The notes under the pieces are model-generated. The model had not been told where the DNA came from. It ran no database searches and saw only the letters and a program-made list of their open reading frames with translations. A program made the translations under genes and the position numbers. Source: the human T2T-CHM13v2.0 reference genome, Homo sapiens. From it: a stretch of 64,000 nt of DNA. Positions 1 to 19,515 of the stretch are shown here, in pieces; position 1 is the first letter of the stretch; each line of letters starts with the position of its first letter. The stretch lies in NCBI RefSeq assembly GCF_009914755.1, contig NC_060933.1. The stretch is one strand, 5' to 3'.

Positions 1-168
1 CAAAAGACAACGTATTGGGGATAATGTACACTGGTGGGTGTACCAAAATCTCAGGAATCACCACTAAAGAACTTACCCATGTAGCCAAACACTACCAGTT
101 CCCCCAAGACCTACTGAAATAAAAAAGAAGAAATCATAAAATAAAAAACTCCTAATTAAAAAAAAAAA
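1..168 (+). mobile_element. 3' end of an older LINE-1 (L1PB/L1MA-like) with A-rich tail
   Basis: caccactaaagaacttacccatgtagccaaacactacc...gaaataaaaaa resembles the L1PB/L1MA 3' terminus; subfamily from memory. Confidence 0.7.
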
Positions 169-2688
169 GTGTCACAATCAGGAAACAAAAAGAAAAACCA
201 AGAAAATGTTCCATACCTGAAAGAGACAGGACAACTAAATATGATACATGCCCCAGCATGAATCTTAGATTAGGAAAAATGGTCTGTAAAGGACATTATT
301 AGGACAATTGACAACATTTGAAAATGGGCTGGGGATTAGATATTAGCATTCTATCAATATCATATTTCCTGATCTTGATCACTGTACTATGGTTATGTAA
401 GATAATGCTCTTATTCTTAGGAAATACACACTGAAGCATTTAGTGTTAAAAGGGCAAAATGTCTCCAACTTACCCTCAAATCATTGGTAAAAATATTTTT
501 TTAAAAGTTGTGTGTGGAGAGAAAATGCACTTATTGCCACATACTTTTTGCAAGTAATGCCTTCTCCATATTTTCTGTGTCCTTATGACAGTTCATTTAC
601 TCTGGATCACTGATGGCAAACGTCCAGAAAGAAGACCCTCAGAAGAACTTGGTCCTACCACATGAATAGGCAAATTGTTTCCTTCTTAGGAAAAGAAGAA
701 ACAACAACTATATTGAATAATATAAAATATAAAATAGAGCTAATTAAATGGTAGGATTATATTTTGGGGATAATGGGCTAGAGTGGCCCATACAGCATGA
801 GCTTGGAATAGTGAAACTGGCTAAATCCAATAGGCTTGTTTGATTGTAAAACATAGGAAACATGATAACTAATGACTTGAAGTTTTAATAATATTAATCT
901 TGAAACTTTATTTTTCTAAAAGTCAGCACTCACGACAAATCCCTCCCACCACCAGGCAACAAGACAACAAGAATTTTATAAGAAAATTGACAATGAGATG
1001 ACCGTCTATGTAGAAAATCTGAAAGAATCAACAAAAACCTGCTGGAACTAAGAATAAGCAATTCCCAATAAGGTTTCAGGACACAGGGTTAATGTACAAA
1101 AGTCACTTGCTCTCCTGTATACCAGCAAAGAAGAAATGGAATTTGCAATTAAAAACACAACATTGTTTACACTAGGATCCCTCCCCCACAATGATATACT
1201 TGAGCATGAATCTAACAAAATATGTGTATAATCTATATAAGGAAAACTATAAAACTCTGATAAATGAAATCAAAGAAGAACTAAATAAATGGAGAAATAT
1301 TTCATGTTCTTGGATGCTAGGAAGACAATATTGTCAAGAAATCAGCTCTTTCCAAACGGGCCTGGCAAGATGGCCAAATAGGAGCAGCTCTGGTCTGCAG
1401 CAACCAGCGAGATCAACCCAGAAGGCAGGTGATTTCTGCATTTCCAACTGAGGTACCCGGCTCATCTCACTGGGACTGGTTAGACAGTGGGTGCAGCCCA
1501 GGGAGGGGAGCCGGAGCAGGGTGGGGTGTCGCCTCACTCAGGAAGCACAAGGGGTTGGCAAACTCCCTCCACTAGCCAAGGGAAGCTGTGAGGGATCATA
1601 CTGTGAGGAATGGTGCACTCCAGCCCAGATACTACACTATTCCCACAGTCTTTGCAACCTGCAGACCAGGAGATTCCCTCAGGTGCCTACGCCACCAGGG
1701 CCCTGGGTTTCAAGCACAAAACTGGGCGGCTGTTTGGGCAGACACCAACCTAGCTGCAGGAGTTTTTTTTCATACCCCAGTGGCACCTGGAACTCCAGTG
1801 AGACAGAACCATTCACTCTCCCTGGAAAGGGGGCTGAAGCCAGGGAGCCAAGTGGTCTAGCTCAGCGGATCTCACCCCCATGGAGCCCAGCAAGCTAAGA
1901 TCCACTGGCTTGAAATTCTCACTGCCAGCACAGCAGTCTTAACCTGGGATGCTCAAGCTTGATGGGGGAGGGGGGTCCACCATTACTGAGGCTTGAGTAG
2001 GTGGTTTTCCCCTCACAGTGTAAACAAAGCCGCCAGGAAGTTCAGACTGGGCGGAGCCCACCACAGCTCATAAGTCACTATAGCCAGACTGCCTCTCTAG
2101 ATTCCTCCTTTCTGGGCAGGGCATCTCTGAAAGAAAGGCAGCAGCCCCAGTCAGGGTCTTATAGATAAAACTCCCATCTCCCTGGGACAGAGCACCTGGG
2201 GGAAGAGGTGACTGTGGGTGCAGTTTCAGCTGACTTAAACATTCCTGCCTGCCAACTCTGAATGAGCAGCGGATCTCCCAGCACAGCACTGGAGCTTTGC
2301 TAAGGGACAGACTGCCTCCTCAAGTGGGTCCCTGATCCCCGTGCCTCCTGACTGGGAGACACCTCCCAGCAGGGGTCAACAGACACCTCATACAGGAGAG
2401 CTCTGGCTGACATCTGTTGGGTGCCCCTCTGGGACGAAGCTTCCAGAGGAAGGAACAGGCAGCAATCTTTGCTGTTCTGCAGCCTCCGCTGGTGATACCC
2501 AGGAAAACAGGGTCTGGAGTGGACCTCCAGCAAACTCCAGCAGACTTGCAGCAGAAGGGCCTGACTGTTAGAAGGAAAAATAACAAACAGAAAGGAATAG
2601 CATCAACATCAACAAAAAGGATGTCCACACAGAAACCCCATCGGTAGGTCACCAACATCAAAGACCAAAGGTAGATAAATCCACAAAG

Positions 2689-3712
2689 ATGAGGAAAAAC
2701 CAGCACAAAAAGGCTGAAAATTCCAAAAACCAGAATGCGTCTTCTCCTCCAAAGGATCACAACTCCTTGCCGGCAACGGAACAAAGCTGGATGGAGAATG
2801 ACTTTAAGAGCTGACAGAAGTAGGCTTCAGAAGGTCGGTAATAACAAACTTCTCTGAGCTAAAGGAGGATGCTCTAACCCAATGCAAAGAAGCTAAGAAC
2901 CTTGAAAAAAAAGTTAGAGGAATTGCTAACTAGAATAACCAATATAGAGAAGAACATAAATGACCTGATGAAGCTAAAACATATAGCATGAGAACTTCAT
3001 GAAGCATACATAAGTATAAATAGCCAAATCGATCAAGCAGAAGAAAGAATATCAGAGATTAAAGATCAACTTAATGAAATAAAGCATGAAGACAAGATTA
3101 GAGAAAAAAGAATGAAAAGGAACAAACAGAGCTTCCAAGAAATATGGGACTATGTGAAAAGACCAAACCTATGTTTGATTGGTATACCTGAAAGTGACAG
3201 GGAGAATGGAACAAAATTGGAAAACACTCTTCAGGATATTATCCAGGAACTTCCTCAACCTAGCAAGATAGGCCAACATTCAAATTCAGGAAGTTCAGAG
3301 AACACCACAAAGATACTCCTCGAGAAGAACAACCCCAAGACACATAATCATCAGATTTACCAAGGTTGAAATGAAGGAAAAACTGTTAAGCACAGCCAGA
3401 GACAAAGGTCAGGTTACCCACAAAAGGAAGCCCATCAGACTAACAGTAGATCTCTCTGCAGAAACCCTACAAGCCAGAAGAGAGTGGGGGCCAATATTCA
3501 ACATTCTTAAAGAAAAGAATTTTCAACCCCGAATTTCATATCCAGCCAAACTAAGCTTCATAAGCGAAGGAGAAATAAAATCCTTTATAGATGAGCAAAT
3601 GCTGAGAGATTTTGTCACCACCAGGCCTGCCTTACAAGAGTTCCTGAAGGAAGCACTAAAAATGGAAAGGAACAACCAGTACCAGCCACTGCAAAAACAT
3701 ACGAAATTGTAA
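2689..3712 (+). pseudogene. L1 ORF1p remnant (stops and frameshifts)
   Basis: ATG at 2689; fragments EIWDYVKRPNL and ARREWGPIFNILKEKNFQPRISYPAKLSF lie in different frames. Confidence 0.9.
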
Positions 3713-3771
3713 AGACCATCAACACTACAAAGAAACTGCATCAATTAACAGGCAAAACAACCAGCTAGCAT

Positions 3772-5156
3772 GCAAATACTCATTATTGGACAGGAAAAAT
3801 GATTAATCCTAGTTGTCCTGGAGGACTTGGAGCCACTGTCTGTTGGGCTTACTTCACCCATACTGGTATGTCTGATGGGGGTGGAGTTCAAGATCAGGCA
3901 AGAGAAAAACACATAAAGGAAGTAATCTCCTAACTGACCCAGGTATATAGCACCCCTAGCTCCTACAAAGGACTAGATCTCTCAAAACTACATGAAACCC
4001 TCCGTACCCATACTCGCCTGGTAAACCTATTTAATACCACACTCACTGGGCTCCATGAGGTCTCAGACCAAAACCCTACTAACTGTTGCATGTGCCTCCC
4101 CCTGCACTTCAGGTCATACATTTCAATCCTGGTACCTGAACAGTGGAACAACTTCAGCACAGAAATAAACACCACTTCCATTTTAGTAGGACCTCTTGTT
4201 TCCAATCTGAAAATAATCCATACCTTAAACCTCACCTGTGTAAAATTTAGCAGTACTATAGAAACAACCAACTCCCAATGCATCAGGTGGATAACTCCTC
4301 CCACATGAATAGTCTGCCTACCCTCAGGAATATTTTTTGTCTGTGGTACCTCAGCCTATCGTTGTTTGAACGGCTCTTCAGAATCTATGTGCTTCCTCTC
4401 ATTCTTATTGCCCCCTATGACCATCTACACTGAACAAAATTTATACAATCATGTCGTACCTAAGCCCTGCAACAAAAGAGTACCCATTCTTCCTTATGTT
4501 ATTGGAGCAGGAGTGCCAGGTGGACTAGGTACTGGCACTGGCAGTATCACAATCTCTACTCAGTTCTACTACAAACTATCTCAAGGACTAAATGATGACA
4601 TGGAACAGGTCGCCGACTCCCTGGTCACCTTGAAAGATCAACTTAACTCCCTAGCAGCAGTAGTCCTTCAAAATCAAAGAGCTTTAGACTTGCTAACTGC
4701 CAAAAGAGGGGGATCCTGTTTATTTTTAGGGGAAGAATACTGTTATTATGTTAATCAATCTGGAATTGTCACCGAGAAAGTTAAAGAAATTCAAGATACA
4801 ATATAACGTAGAGCAGAGGAGCTTAAAAACACTGGACCCTGGGGCCTCCTCAGCCAATGGATGCCCTGGATTCTCCCCTTCTTAGGACCTCTAGCAGCTG
4901 TAATATTGCTACTCCTCTTTGGACCCTGTATCTTTAACCTCCTTGTTAAGTTTGTCTCTTCCAGAATTGAAGCTGTAAAACTACAAATGGCTCTTCAAAT
5001 GGAGCCCCAGATGCAGTCCATGACTAAGATCTACTGCAAACCCCTGGACTGGCCTGCTAGCCATGCTCCGATGTTAATGACATCAAAGGCACCCCTCTCA
5101 AGGAAATCTCAGCTGCACAACCCCTACTATGCCCCAATTCAGCAGTAAGCAGTTAG
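3772..5156 (+). pseudogene. HERV-W env remnant (SU C-terminal part + TM), non-coding
   Basis: One frame from 3772 with in-frame stops at 3931, 4306 and 4804 and a frameshift near 5060; signal peptide missing; furin site reads CNKR; TM cysteine motif reads CLFLGEEYC. Confidence 0.9.
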
Positions 5157-5214
5157 AGCGGTTATCAGCCAACCTCCCCAACAGCACTTGGGTTTTCCTG
5201 TTGAGAGGAGGCAC

Positions 5215-5538
5215 TGAGAGACAGGACTAGCTGGATTTCCTAGGCCAACTAAGAATCCCTAAGCCTAGCAGGGAAGGTGACCACATCCACCTTTAAACAT
5301 AGGGCTTGCAACTCAGCTCACACCCGACCAATCAAATTGTAAAGAGAGCTCACTAAAATGCTAATTAGGCAAAAATAGGAGGTAAAGAAATAGCCAATCA
5401 TCTATTGCCTAAGAGCACAGTGGGAGGGACAATGATCGGGATATAAACCCAGGCATTCGAACCAGCAACAGCAACCCCCTTTGGGTCCCCTCCCTTTGTA
5501 TGGGAGCTCTGTTTTCACTCTATTAAATCTTGCAACTG
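5215..5538 (+). promoter_or_regulatory. LTR17 U3-R (CCAAT boxes, TATA, poly(A) signal)
   Basis: Starts tgagagacaggactagctggatttcc after a purine tract; CCAAT at 5328 and 5394; TATAAA 5442-5447; ATTAAA 5522-5527. Confidence 0.85.
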
Positions 5539-5568
5539 AAAAAAAAAAAAAAAACAGCTAGCATCATA

Positions 5569-9702
<4,134 letters not shown>

Positions 9703-11011
9703 ACAATGAGAACACATGGACACAGGGAGGGGAACATTACACACCGGGGCCTGTTGGGGGTGGGCGCTAGGGAGGGATAGCATTAGCAGAAATACCTAAT
9801 GTAGATGACAAGTTGATGGGTGCAGCAAACCACCATGGCACATGTATACCTATGTAACAAACCTGCACGTTCTGCACAGGTATCCCAGAACTTAAAGTAT
9901 AATAAAAAAAAAAAAAAGAAAGAAAGAAATCAGCTCTTTCCAAGATGAGCTATAGATTTGATAACAATCCCAATCAAAATCATGGGAAGTTCTTTTGTAG
10001 ATAACAATAAATTGACTCTAAAACTTTTATGCAAAATGGTACAGCCACTTTAGAAGACAGTTTGGCAGTTTCTTTCTTACAAAGCCAGACATACTCTTAC
10101 CACATGATCCAGCAATTGTGCCCATTGGTGTTTACCCAAAGGAGTTGAATACATGTCTCTACAAAAAAATGTGCACAAGGATGTTTGTAGAAGCTTTTTT
10201 CTTAATTCCCAAAACTTTGAAACAACCAAGATGACCTTTAGTAGGTGAATGGATAAACGATGGTATGTGCAGCCAGCAGAACATTATTCAGCACTCAAAA
10301 GATATTAGCTATTAAGCCCTGAAAAAAAGATATGGCGGATGAGTTTCAAGTCAAGGCTAAATGAAAAGAAAAAAAAAAAGACACGAGGGAAACTGAAATG
10401 CATATTACTCAGTGAAAGAAGCCAATCTGAAAAGGCTACATACCGTATGATTCCAACTATATGATATTCTAGAAAAGGCAAAATATGGCGACAGTAAAAA
10501 GATCAGTGGATGACAGGACTTGGGAGTAAGAAGAGGGATGAATAGGAGGAGCACAGAAGATTTTTAGGACAGTGAAAATACTCCCTATTATACTATAATA
10601 ATGGGTACAAGTCATTATAAATTTTCTAAAATCCATAGACTGTACACCACCAAAAGTGAACCCTACGGCAAACTATGGACTTTGGACGATTATGGTGTGA
10701 CGATATTGGTTCATCTATTGTAACAAATGTACCACCCTGGAGGGGGATGTTGATAACTGAGGAGGCTATGGATGTGTAGGGGCACAGAGTATATGAGAAA
10801 TCTCTCAATTTTGCTGTGAACCTAAAACTGCCTTAAAAAATAAAATCTTAAAAAATAATAATTACAAGAATATGTTGGTGAACATTAAGCTAACTTTAAG
10901 ATAAAGTAATAATTTTCATATCAACAACTGTCATTTATTGAATGCTCACCACATGCCAAAGTATTATGCAAAGCATTTTATAGATTCTTTCTGTAAAATT
11001 ATATGATGTAG

Positions 11012-11410
<399 letters not shown>

Positions 11411-12374
11411 GGTTGGTTGTGCTTAATGGAAATAAAAGAGTTATTATGTGTAAAGTTCTTAGAGCAGTGTCTGGCCCTGTATGACCATGAGCAGTTATGT
11501 ATTCAGCTCTTGGCTAAGAACGTGGACTCTTCACCGTGTGCCCCACTGCTTGGTTACTTAGCGTTTTCTTGAAAGCTCTGTGCCTTAGTTTACTCATCTA
11601 CGAATGAGTATAATAATAGTATTTTCATTATGTAATTATTAGAGGACTAAAATATCTAATAGAGAAGTACTTAAAATGGTGTCAGGAACAGGGCAAGGGC
11701 TGTGTCAATAAGCGCTACTACTAATTGTTGTGTCTATTTCCCATCATCAAAGAGTGAAAACGGGAAGCAACATAAATGTCCAACAAAGGAGAATGATGGA
11801 TTTAAAAATTATAACCAAATATTGGGATACTATTTGATCATTAAAAAGCATGGTTTGGAAGAGTATGTAAAGACAAAAGATAATTCTCACAATACAATGT
11901 AAAATAAAAAGCAAGATTCGCAAATGTCAGTAGAATGTTTTTTGGTGTTTGTTTTGTTCTGTTTTGTTTTTAAATCAAAGATGGTCACTATCGGTAGAAT
12001 GTTTTTAATTTTTTTATATAGTATTTGTGTGGTTGTACATACAAACATATATACACATACAATGATAATGTGCAGAAAACAGATAATGAAATAAATATTC
12101 ATAATGGTAAAAAAATTGACAATCAGATGTTAAATAGGAATAGTCACAAACATTGAAGAAAAGCATGTAAAATTATCACTAGTAAACTATATGATTTTAT
12201 AACTAAAAAAGAACAAGAGAATCAACTAAAATGTTCCCCAGAAGTGAAAAGAGTTTAGTAAAGTAGCCTAATAAAAGAAATAAATAAAAACCAATCATTT
12301 TCTTGCAGCCATTTGGACGATATGGTAACCAGAAAAATATTCCATTATCAGTGGCATTAAAAATGTGAGCTACT

Positions 12375-12681
<307 letters not shown>

Positions 12682-13782
12682 TTAGAATCACTCAAACGAG
12701 AACAGTGCAGAACTTACATAAAAGGAACAATAAAATTTTAATAACAGGAGTACCCTAGCCAATAAACTGGTTGAATACCGATGCAAAATCTAGAGTCTAT
12801 CTCTCTAAACGTGCATTATTTTTATCAATAAATGAAAATAATTCTTTCCTGATGAAACAAAAAAATGCTATATTAAAATGAAACCTTCAGAACTAAGCAG
12901 GTGTTTCCCTAAAAGATTATAGAGATAAATGAGTCTTTTGAGTATTTCTCACAAAACCAAACAAAATAACTTAAAGGAAAAAAATGCTATGTAATAACAA
13001 AACGTATACTTCAGCCACTTCACCTTTCAGAAGAGTGGCACGAGGATCTCCCCTCTGAGTTATGTGGCTCTTTTATTTAGGAAAACACCTCAAGGGATCT
13101 GTTTTATTATGAAAGCAGGCCCTGGGCTAGTTCAAATGGGGAAAGATATTGATAAAGATAACTAAATTATTCTATTTAATACTGATCTTATAGGATTTTA
13201 ACATTCATTTCTGGCTTCTTGAGGAGAAGCTTGGGACACTGGGAGAGAAAGTAGAGAGGGAATTAGAAAGAGAAGAAGCAGCCCAGAAACCTTGCAGGAA
13301 TAGGGAATCCAAAGACACTAACAAGAGGCAGGGAAAGGAAAGGTCCATAAAAACAGTGAGGACTCACATTGAAATTTAGGTTGCTGGCTGCTTTCAACTA
13401 TTCTCTATTCCCCTGTCTGTCATTCCCAAACCTTCAGGTAAAGTCATACAAATACAACGGTCTTGGATAATGGAGCTTTGATTACAGAAGAACAGGACTA
13501 GCTACCAGAATGGAGGACTTTTAGGTGCAAGGCACTTAGGGACATCTCTGTTCAGTCATTAGCTGATCACCCAGCTAACTGAGCAGAGACTTCCATGGTC
13601 ACATATAAAAAAGAATTGAAGACTTTGCAGAATTAGTTTAGGAAGTCACTTTAAAAAAAAATAGCAACAACAACAAACCCTGGAGTGGGAGGGAAATCTG
13701 GTTTTCATTTAATATTTAAATATTTAATATATTTTATTTCCATTTAAAATAATATGTAATTATATTATATAATAGCATATTA

Positions 13783-14295
<513 letters not shown>

Positions 14296-14515
14296 CTACA
14301 CTACAAACCTACAGACCCCAGCAGCTTCTAGAGAATACCCCATGCCACTGCACACACCCACTCACTGCACATTCTTCGCCAGTGCTCACACAATATTACC
14401 AGCTGATTTGGTGCCCATGCCCGTCAGTATGTTCTTTCTCCACAAAGGTGACTGAGAATTATTCTATTTCCTATGTTAGTTTGCCTGTTATTGCATTTTT
14501 AAAAAATGGAATCAG

Positions 14516-14811
14516 GGCAGGGGTAGTAGCTCAAGCCTATCATCACAGGACTTTGGGAGGCCGAGGCAGGAGGATTGCTTGAGTCCAAGGAGTCTGAGAC
14601 CAGCCCAGGCAACACAGTGAGATCCTGTCTCCGCAAAAAATAAAAACATTCATTGGTACGTGACCGAAGTCCTAGCTATTCGGACGCTGAGGTGGAAGGA
14701 TTGCTTGAGCCTGGGAGGTTGAGGTTGCAGTGAGCTGTGATGGCACTACTGCAGTCCAGCCTGGGTAACAGAGTGAGACCCTGCCTCAAAAAAAAAAAAA
14801 AAAAAAAAAAA
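14516..14811 (+). mobile_element. AluJ
   Basis: ggaggattgcttgag diagnostic in both arms; A tail. Confidence 0.85.
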
Positions 14812-15779
14812 GGAAGCATATGATATGCATTATGGTATGTTTGGTGTCCTTCTCTCCACAGTATGCCTGCAAGATTCATCCATGTTGACATATGTGGTTG
14901 CAGCTTGTCCATATTATTGCTGTTATTGTCTATTTTATAAACAACACACTTTATCTGTTGTCCTATTGTTAGACATTTGAATTGTCTTCACTTTTTGGCT
15001 ATTTCAACAATGTCATTATAAACCTGCATGCATTTGCCTTTTGGTTCACATGCATACACATTTCTCTCAGGTGTATACTTAGGAGTGGAAATGATAGGTG
15101 ATAGGACATGTTGAAGTCAACTTTAGTAGATAGTGCTAAATGATTTTCCAGTATGTTATGAAAATTTACACCCTCAAGTAAACCTCAAGGTTTCCTACTG
15201 ATGCAAAACAAACTAAATCAAAATTTAGTGACTTGAACAATAGCCATTTTCCTATATATCATGGATGTCTGAGTCAGAAATTCAGACTACTTAATGGAAG
15301 TATTTGTGAGAGATTGTAGAGTATAAGTCTGGCAAAGATTTTGGATTAGAAACTTTTTTTCACTTTTTAAACATTTTTTATTTTTGTGGGTAGATTTTTT
15401 TTTCTTTTAGGAGTTGGTTCAACTGTGGTCAGAGCTGATGAGCTAATCCTCAGAATTAAAAGGACTGGTAAAACTCCCGAGTAACTGGGACTACAGGCAT
15501 GCGCCACCATGCCCGGCTGTTTTTTTTGTTTGTTTGTTTTGTTTTTTGTATTTTTAAATGTAGAGACGGGGTTTCACCATGTTAGGCAGGCTGGGACACT
15601 TTTATCATTATAAAAATATGGACCATACTTTCCTGTCTTTTCACATGTCTTATAATCTTTTGTTGAAAATCAGATATTTAAAATAAATGAAAATGAAAGG
15701 AGAAGATTCATTCTGTGAATAAATATTCTCTAGGAGAATTATCTAAGAGAAAGTTATTTCATGAAAGAATTTATGGTCT

Positions 15780-16078
<299 letters not shown>

Positions 16079-16159
16079 TTATTGTCTAATATTAGGAGTT
16101 ACATGTAAAAAGAATACCTAAAAGAACACCTCCAATTTTGTATCTTTCATGATGGAATT

Positions 16160-16670
16160 ATGTGAGCATAAACATACAGAGGGGTCATGGAGGTGACAAT
16201 CTATAGGTCACATCTGGCAGACTCCCAAATTAACTGCCTGGGGAAAGTCTATAAGTCTTTGTGGCCTACATCCTGTTCCCTGAGTAAAGAATCTTATCGT
16301 GAGTTCCTCCAACTGTTGACATACTGATTAATACATAACCTATTGACATTGCAAAGAACACTGATTTGTTTCTGAATCATGCAATTTTACTGCTTGTCCT
16401 GCACATAGAACATTTTAGCCTGTACGTTGTAATCTGTAGCCAATGATTGCAAACTCTTTATTGTAATCACCAATGAAAAAAGATAACTCCCATATAAGGA
16501 GTCCCTCTCCCTACTCCTGAACTTTCCCAGAAAAGCCTTTCAAGTTGTAGCTGACTCCGGAACACGGCCAACTTTGACAGTGTGCCTCCCCAAGTTGGTC
16601 CTTACATTTGACTTCCAATAAACCTTTATCAAATTATTTCTGCCTCAATCTCCTTAATTTTTGGTTGGCA
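16160..16670 (+). mobile_element. Probable solitary ERV1-class LTR
   Basis: CCAAT motifs, AATAAA at 16617 and an LTR-like 3' end (ttttggttggca); family not determined. Confidence 0.45.
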
Positions 16671-16697
16671 GAGGCTTCTCTCCAGATCACCCCCCAC

Positions 16698-16738
<41 letters not shown>

Positions 16739-19161
16739 AGCATACACTGGAAATAAAGGTGAACAAGGAAGTTTCCAGAGCCTTATTTTCTAAACACGGA
16801 ACTTCTAGCTTAGCACATTTTTGCGTTTGAAAGTTGTTTTGATTGTCAAGAGAGACAGATGAAAGCATAAACTTATTTATGAGATAAGACTTCAAGCGTA
16901 GGCGGTACTGACATCATAAATGGGTTTAATGCCATATTAAGTAAGTTGAAATTAGTTCTGGGACAATGGAGAACTGTTTTAAATAACATAGAGATATAAT
17001 TTGGTTTATGACCAAATCAAGATGTAGAATATTCTTGAATCAAGAAGTTCCCTCATGCCCATTTACAGTCAATTATCTCCCCTGACCCCATGCCCCCAAC
17101 TACAGACCTGACTTCTGTCACTATAGTTTTTCCTTATCCAGAATTTCACATAAATAGAACTATGTATAGTATGCAGTCACTCTACTTAGCAAGATGTTTT
17201 ATGTTTATGTAGTCATTTCTTTTGTTGCTGAGTAGTATTCCACTGTGTAGATTTACAACTGTTGATATACTTACCAATCGATAGACATTTGGATGGTTTT
17301 CAGTTTTGACCTATAATGAATATTTACTTACGAGTCTTTGTGCAAACATAGATTTCCACTTGTCTTAGGTAAATACACCGGTGTAAAATTTATGGGTCAT
17401 AGTACAAGTGTATGCTTAACTTCGTATGATATGTCAAACTGTTTCTCAAAGATGCTGTCCTATTTTGCTATCCCATTAGCGATATAAGAATTCCTGTTGC
17501 TCCACATCTGTGTGAATGCTTGATTTTGTCACTCTTTGATCTGTCATTTCAATGTGTGATGTCTCATGTTGGTTTTTCTTTCAAGGAAATATGATTTACT
17601 AACATATTTTAACAAGTAGTGTGTATAGAAAATAACCAACACGTTTTTGTATCTATAAATTATATTCAAAAATGCCCCAACATGTTCCAAATGTTTTTTA
17701 AAAAGTTTTATTGAGATATAATTCATATACCATACGATTTACCCATTTAAAATATACAATCCAATAATTTTAAGTGGATTCACAGAGTTGTACAACTATC
17801 AGCACACAATCAATTTTAGAACATCACCCTTAAAAGAAACTCACACTCATTAGCAGAAATTCTCTATTCTCCCCCAACCCCTTAACCCTAGCAAACTACT
17901 AATCTACTCTGTTTCTATAGATTTGCCTATTCTGGACATTTCATATAAATGGAGTCACACAATGTGTGGTCTTTAAAGCTGACTTCTTTCCCTTATCATA
18001 TGTTTTCAAGATTCATCCAAGTCATAGCATGAATCATTATTTCATTCCTTTACTTGCCAAATAACATCTCATTGTATGGATATCCATATACAATGAGATA
18101 TTTGGCAAGTAAAGGAATGAAATAATGATACATGCCAAACATCTCATTGTATAGATATGCCACATTTAATTTTTATCCAGTCATCAGTTGAGCATTTGGG
18201 TTGTTCCCAGTTTTTGGTTTTTATAAATAATGTTCCTATGAACATTTATCTATAATTTTTTGTGGGACATATGTTTTCATTTCTCTTGAGTATATGTTAC
18301 ACTTTGTTTAAACATTTGAGAAACTGCAAAACTGTTACCCAAAGCAGCTGTATCATTTTACATTCCCACCAGCAATGCTTGAGGGTTCCAATTTCTCCAC
18401 TTCCTTATCAATACTTATGTGTCTTCTTTTTATATAGCCATCCTAGACAGTTTATAGTGGCATCTCATTGTGGTTTGCATTTGCAATCCCCGAATGGTTA
18501 CTGATTTTTAGCAATTTTTATGTATATATTGGCCATTTATATATCTTCTTTGGATAAATGTCTATACAGATCCTTCACCCATTTTAGAAATTAGGTTGTC
18601 TTTTTGAGTCATAAGAGTGTTTTTTTTTAATATATTCTGAATACAAGTTCCTTATCAGGTATAGAATTTGCAAATATTTTATCCCAATCTGTAGGTTGTC
18701 TTTTTACTTTCTTGATAGTTTCCTGTGAAAACACAAAAAGATGTTAATTTCAATGGAATTCAATTTATATTTTTTTTTCTTTTGTCACTTGAGCTTCTGG
18801 TATCATGTCTAAGAAATCTTTACCTAACCCAAGGTTAGGAAGATTTACTTCTAGATTTACTTTCAAGAGTTTTACAGTTTTAGCTCTTACATTTAAGTCT
18901 GATCCATTTTGAGTTCATTTTGTGTGCAATGTGAGGAAGAAGTCCAACTTCATTCATTTGCATGTAGATATCCAGTTGTACCAGCACCATTTGTTGAAAA
19001 GACTATTCTTTCCTCATTGAGTGAATTTGACACCCGTGTTGAAAGTCAATTTGCCATAAATGTAAAGGTTTATTTCTGGACTGTCAATTCTATTCCTTTG
19101 AATTGTATGTCCAGTCTTATGCCAGCACCACATAGTGTTGATTACCATAGATTTTTAGTAA

Positions 19162-19515
<354 letters not shown>

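Larger units (their letters stand above)
3772..5554 (+). mobile_element. HERV-W (HERV17/LTR17) processed pseudogene: 5'-truncated env + U3-R + poly(A)
   Basis: Translation matches syncytin-1/HERV-W Env (ANTHYWTGKMINPSCPGG, LQNQRALDLLTAKRGG, PFLGPLAA); LTR ends after ATTAAA with a 16-nt A tail and no U5; TSD cagctagcat at 3762-3771 and 5555-5564. Confidence 0.95.

Noticed and set aside
1939-1983. L1 antisense ORF0
   Set aside because: The ATG at the expected position (1983, minus strand) reads MVDPPPPSSLSIPG and stops after 14 codons
3772-5156. New syncytin-like functional env gene
   Set aside because: No signal peptide, three in-frame stops, a frameshift, and mutated furin and cysteine motifs
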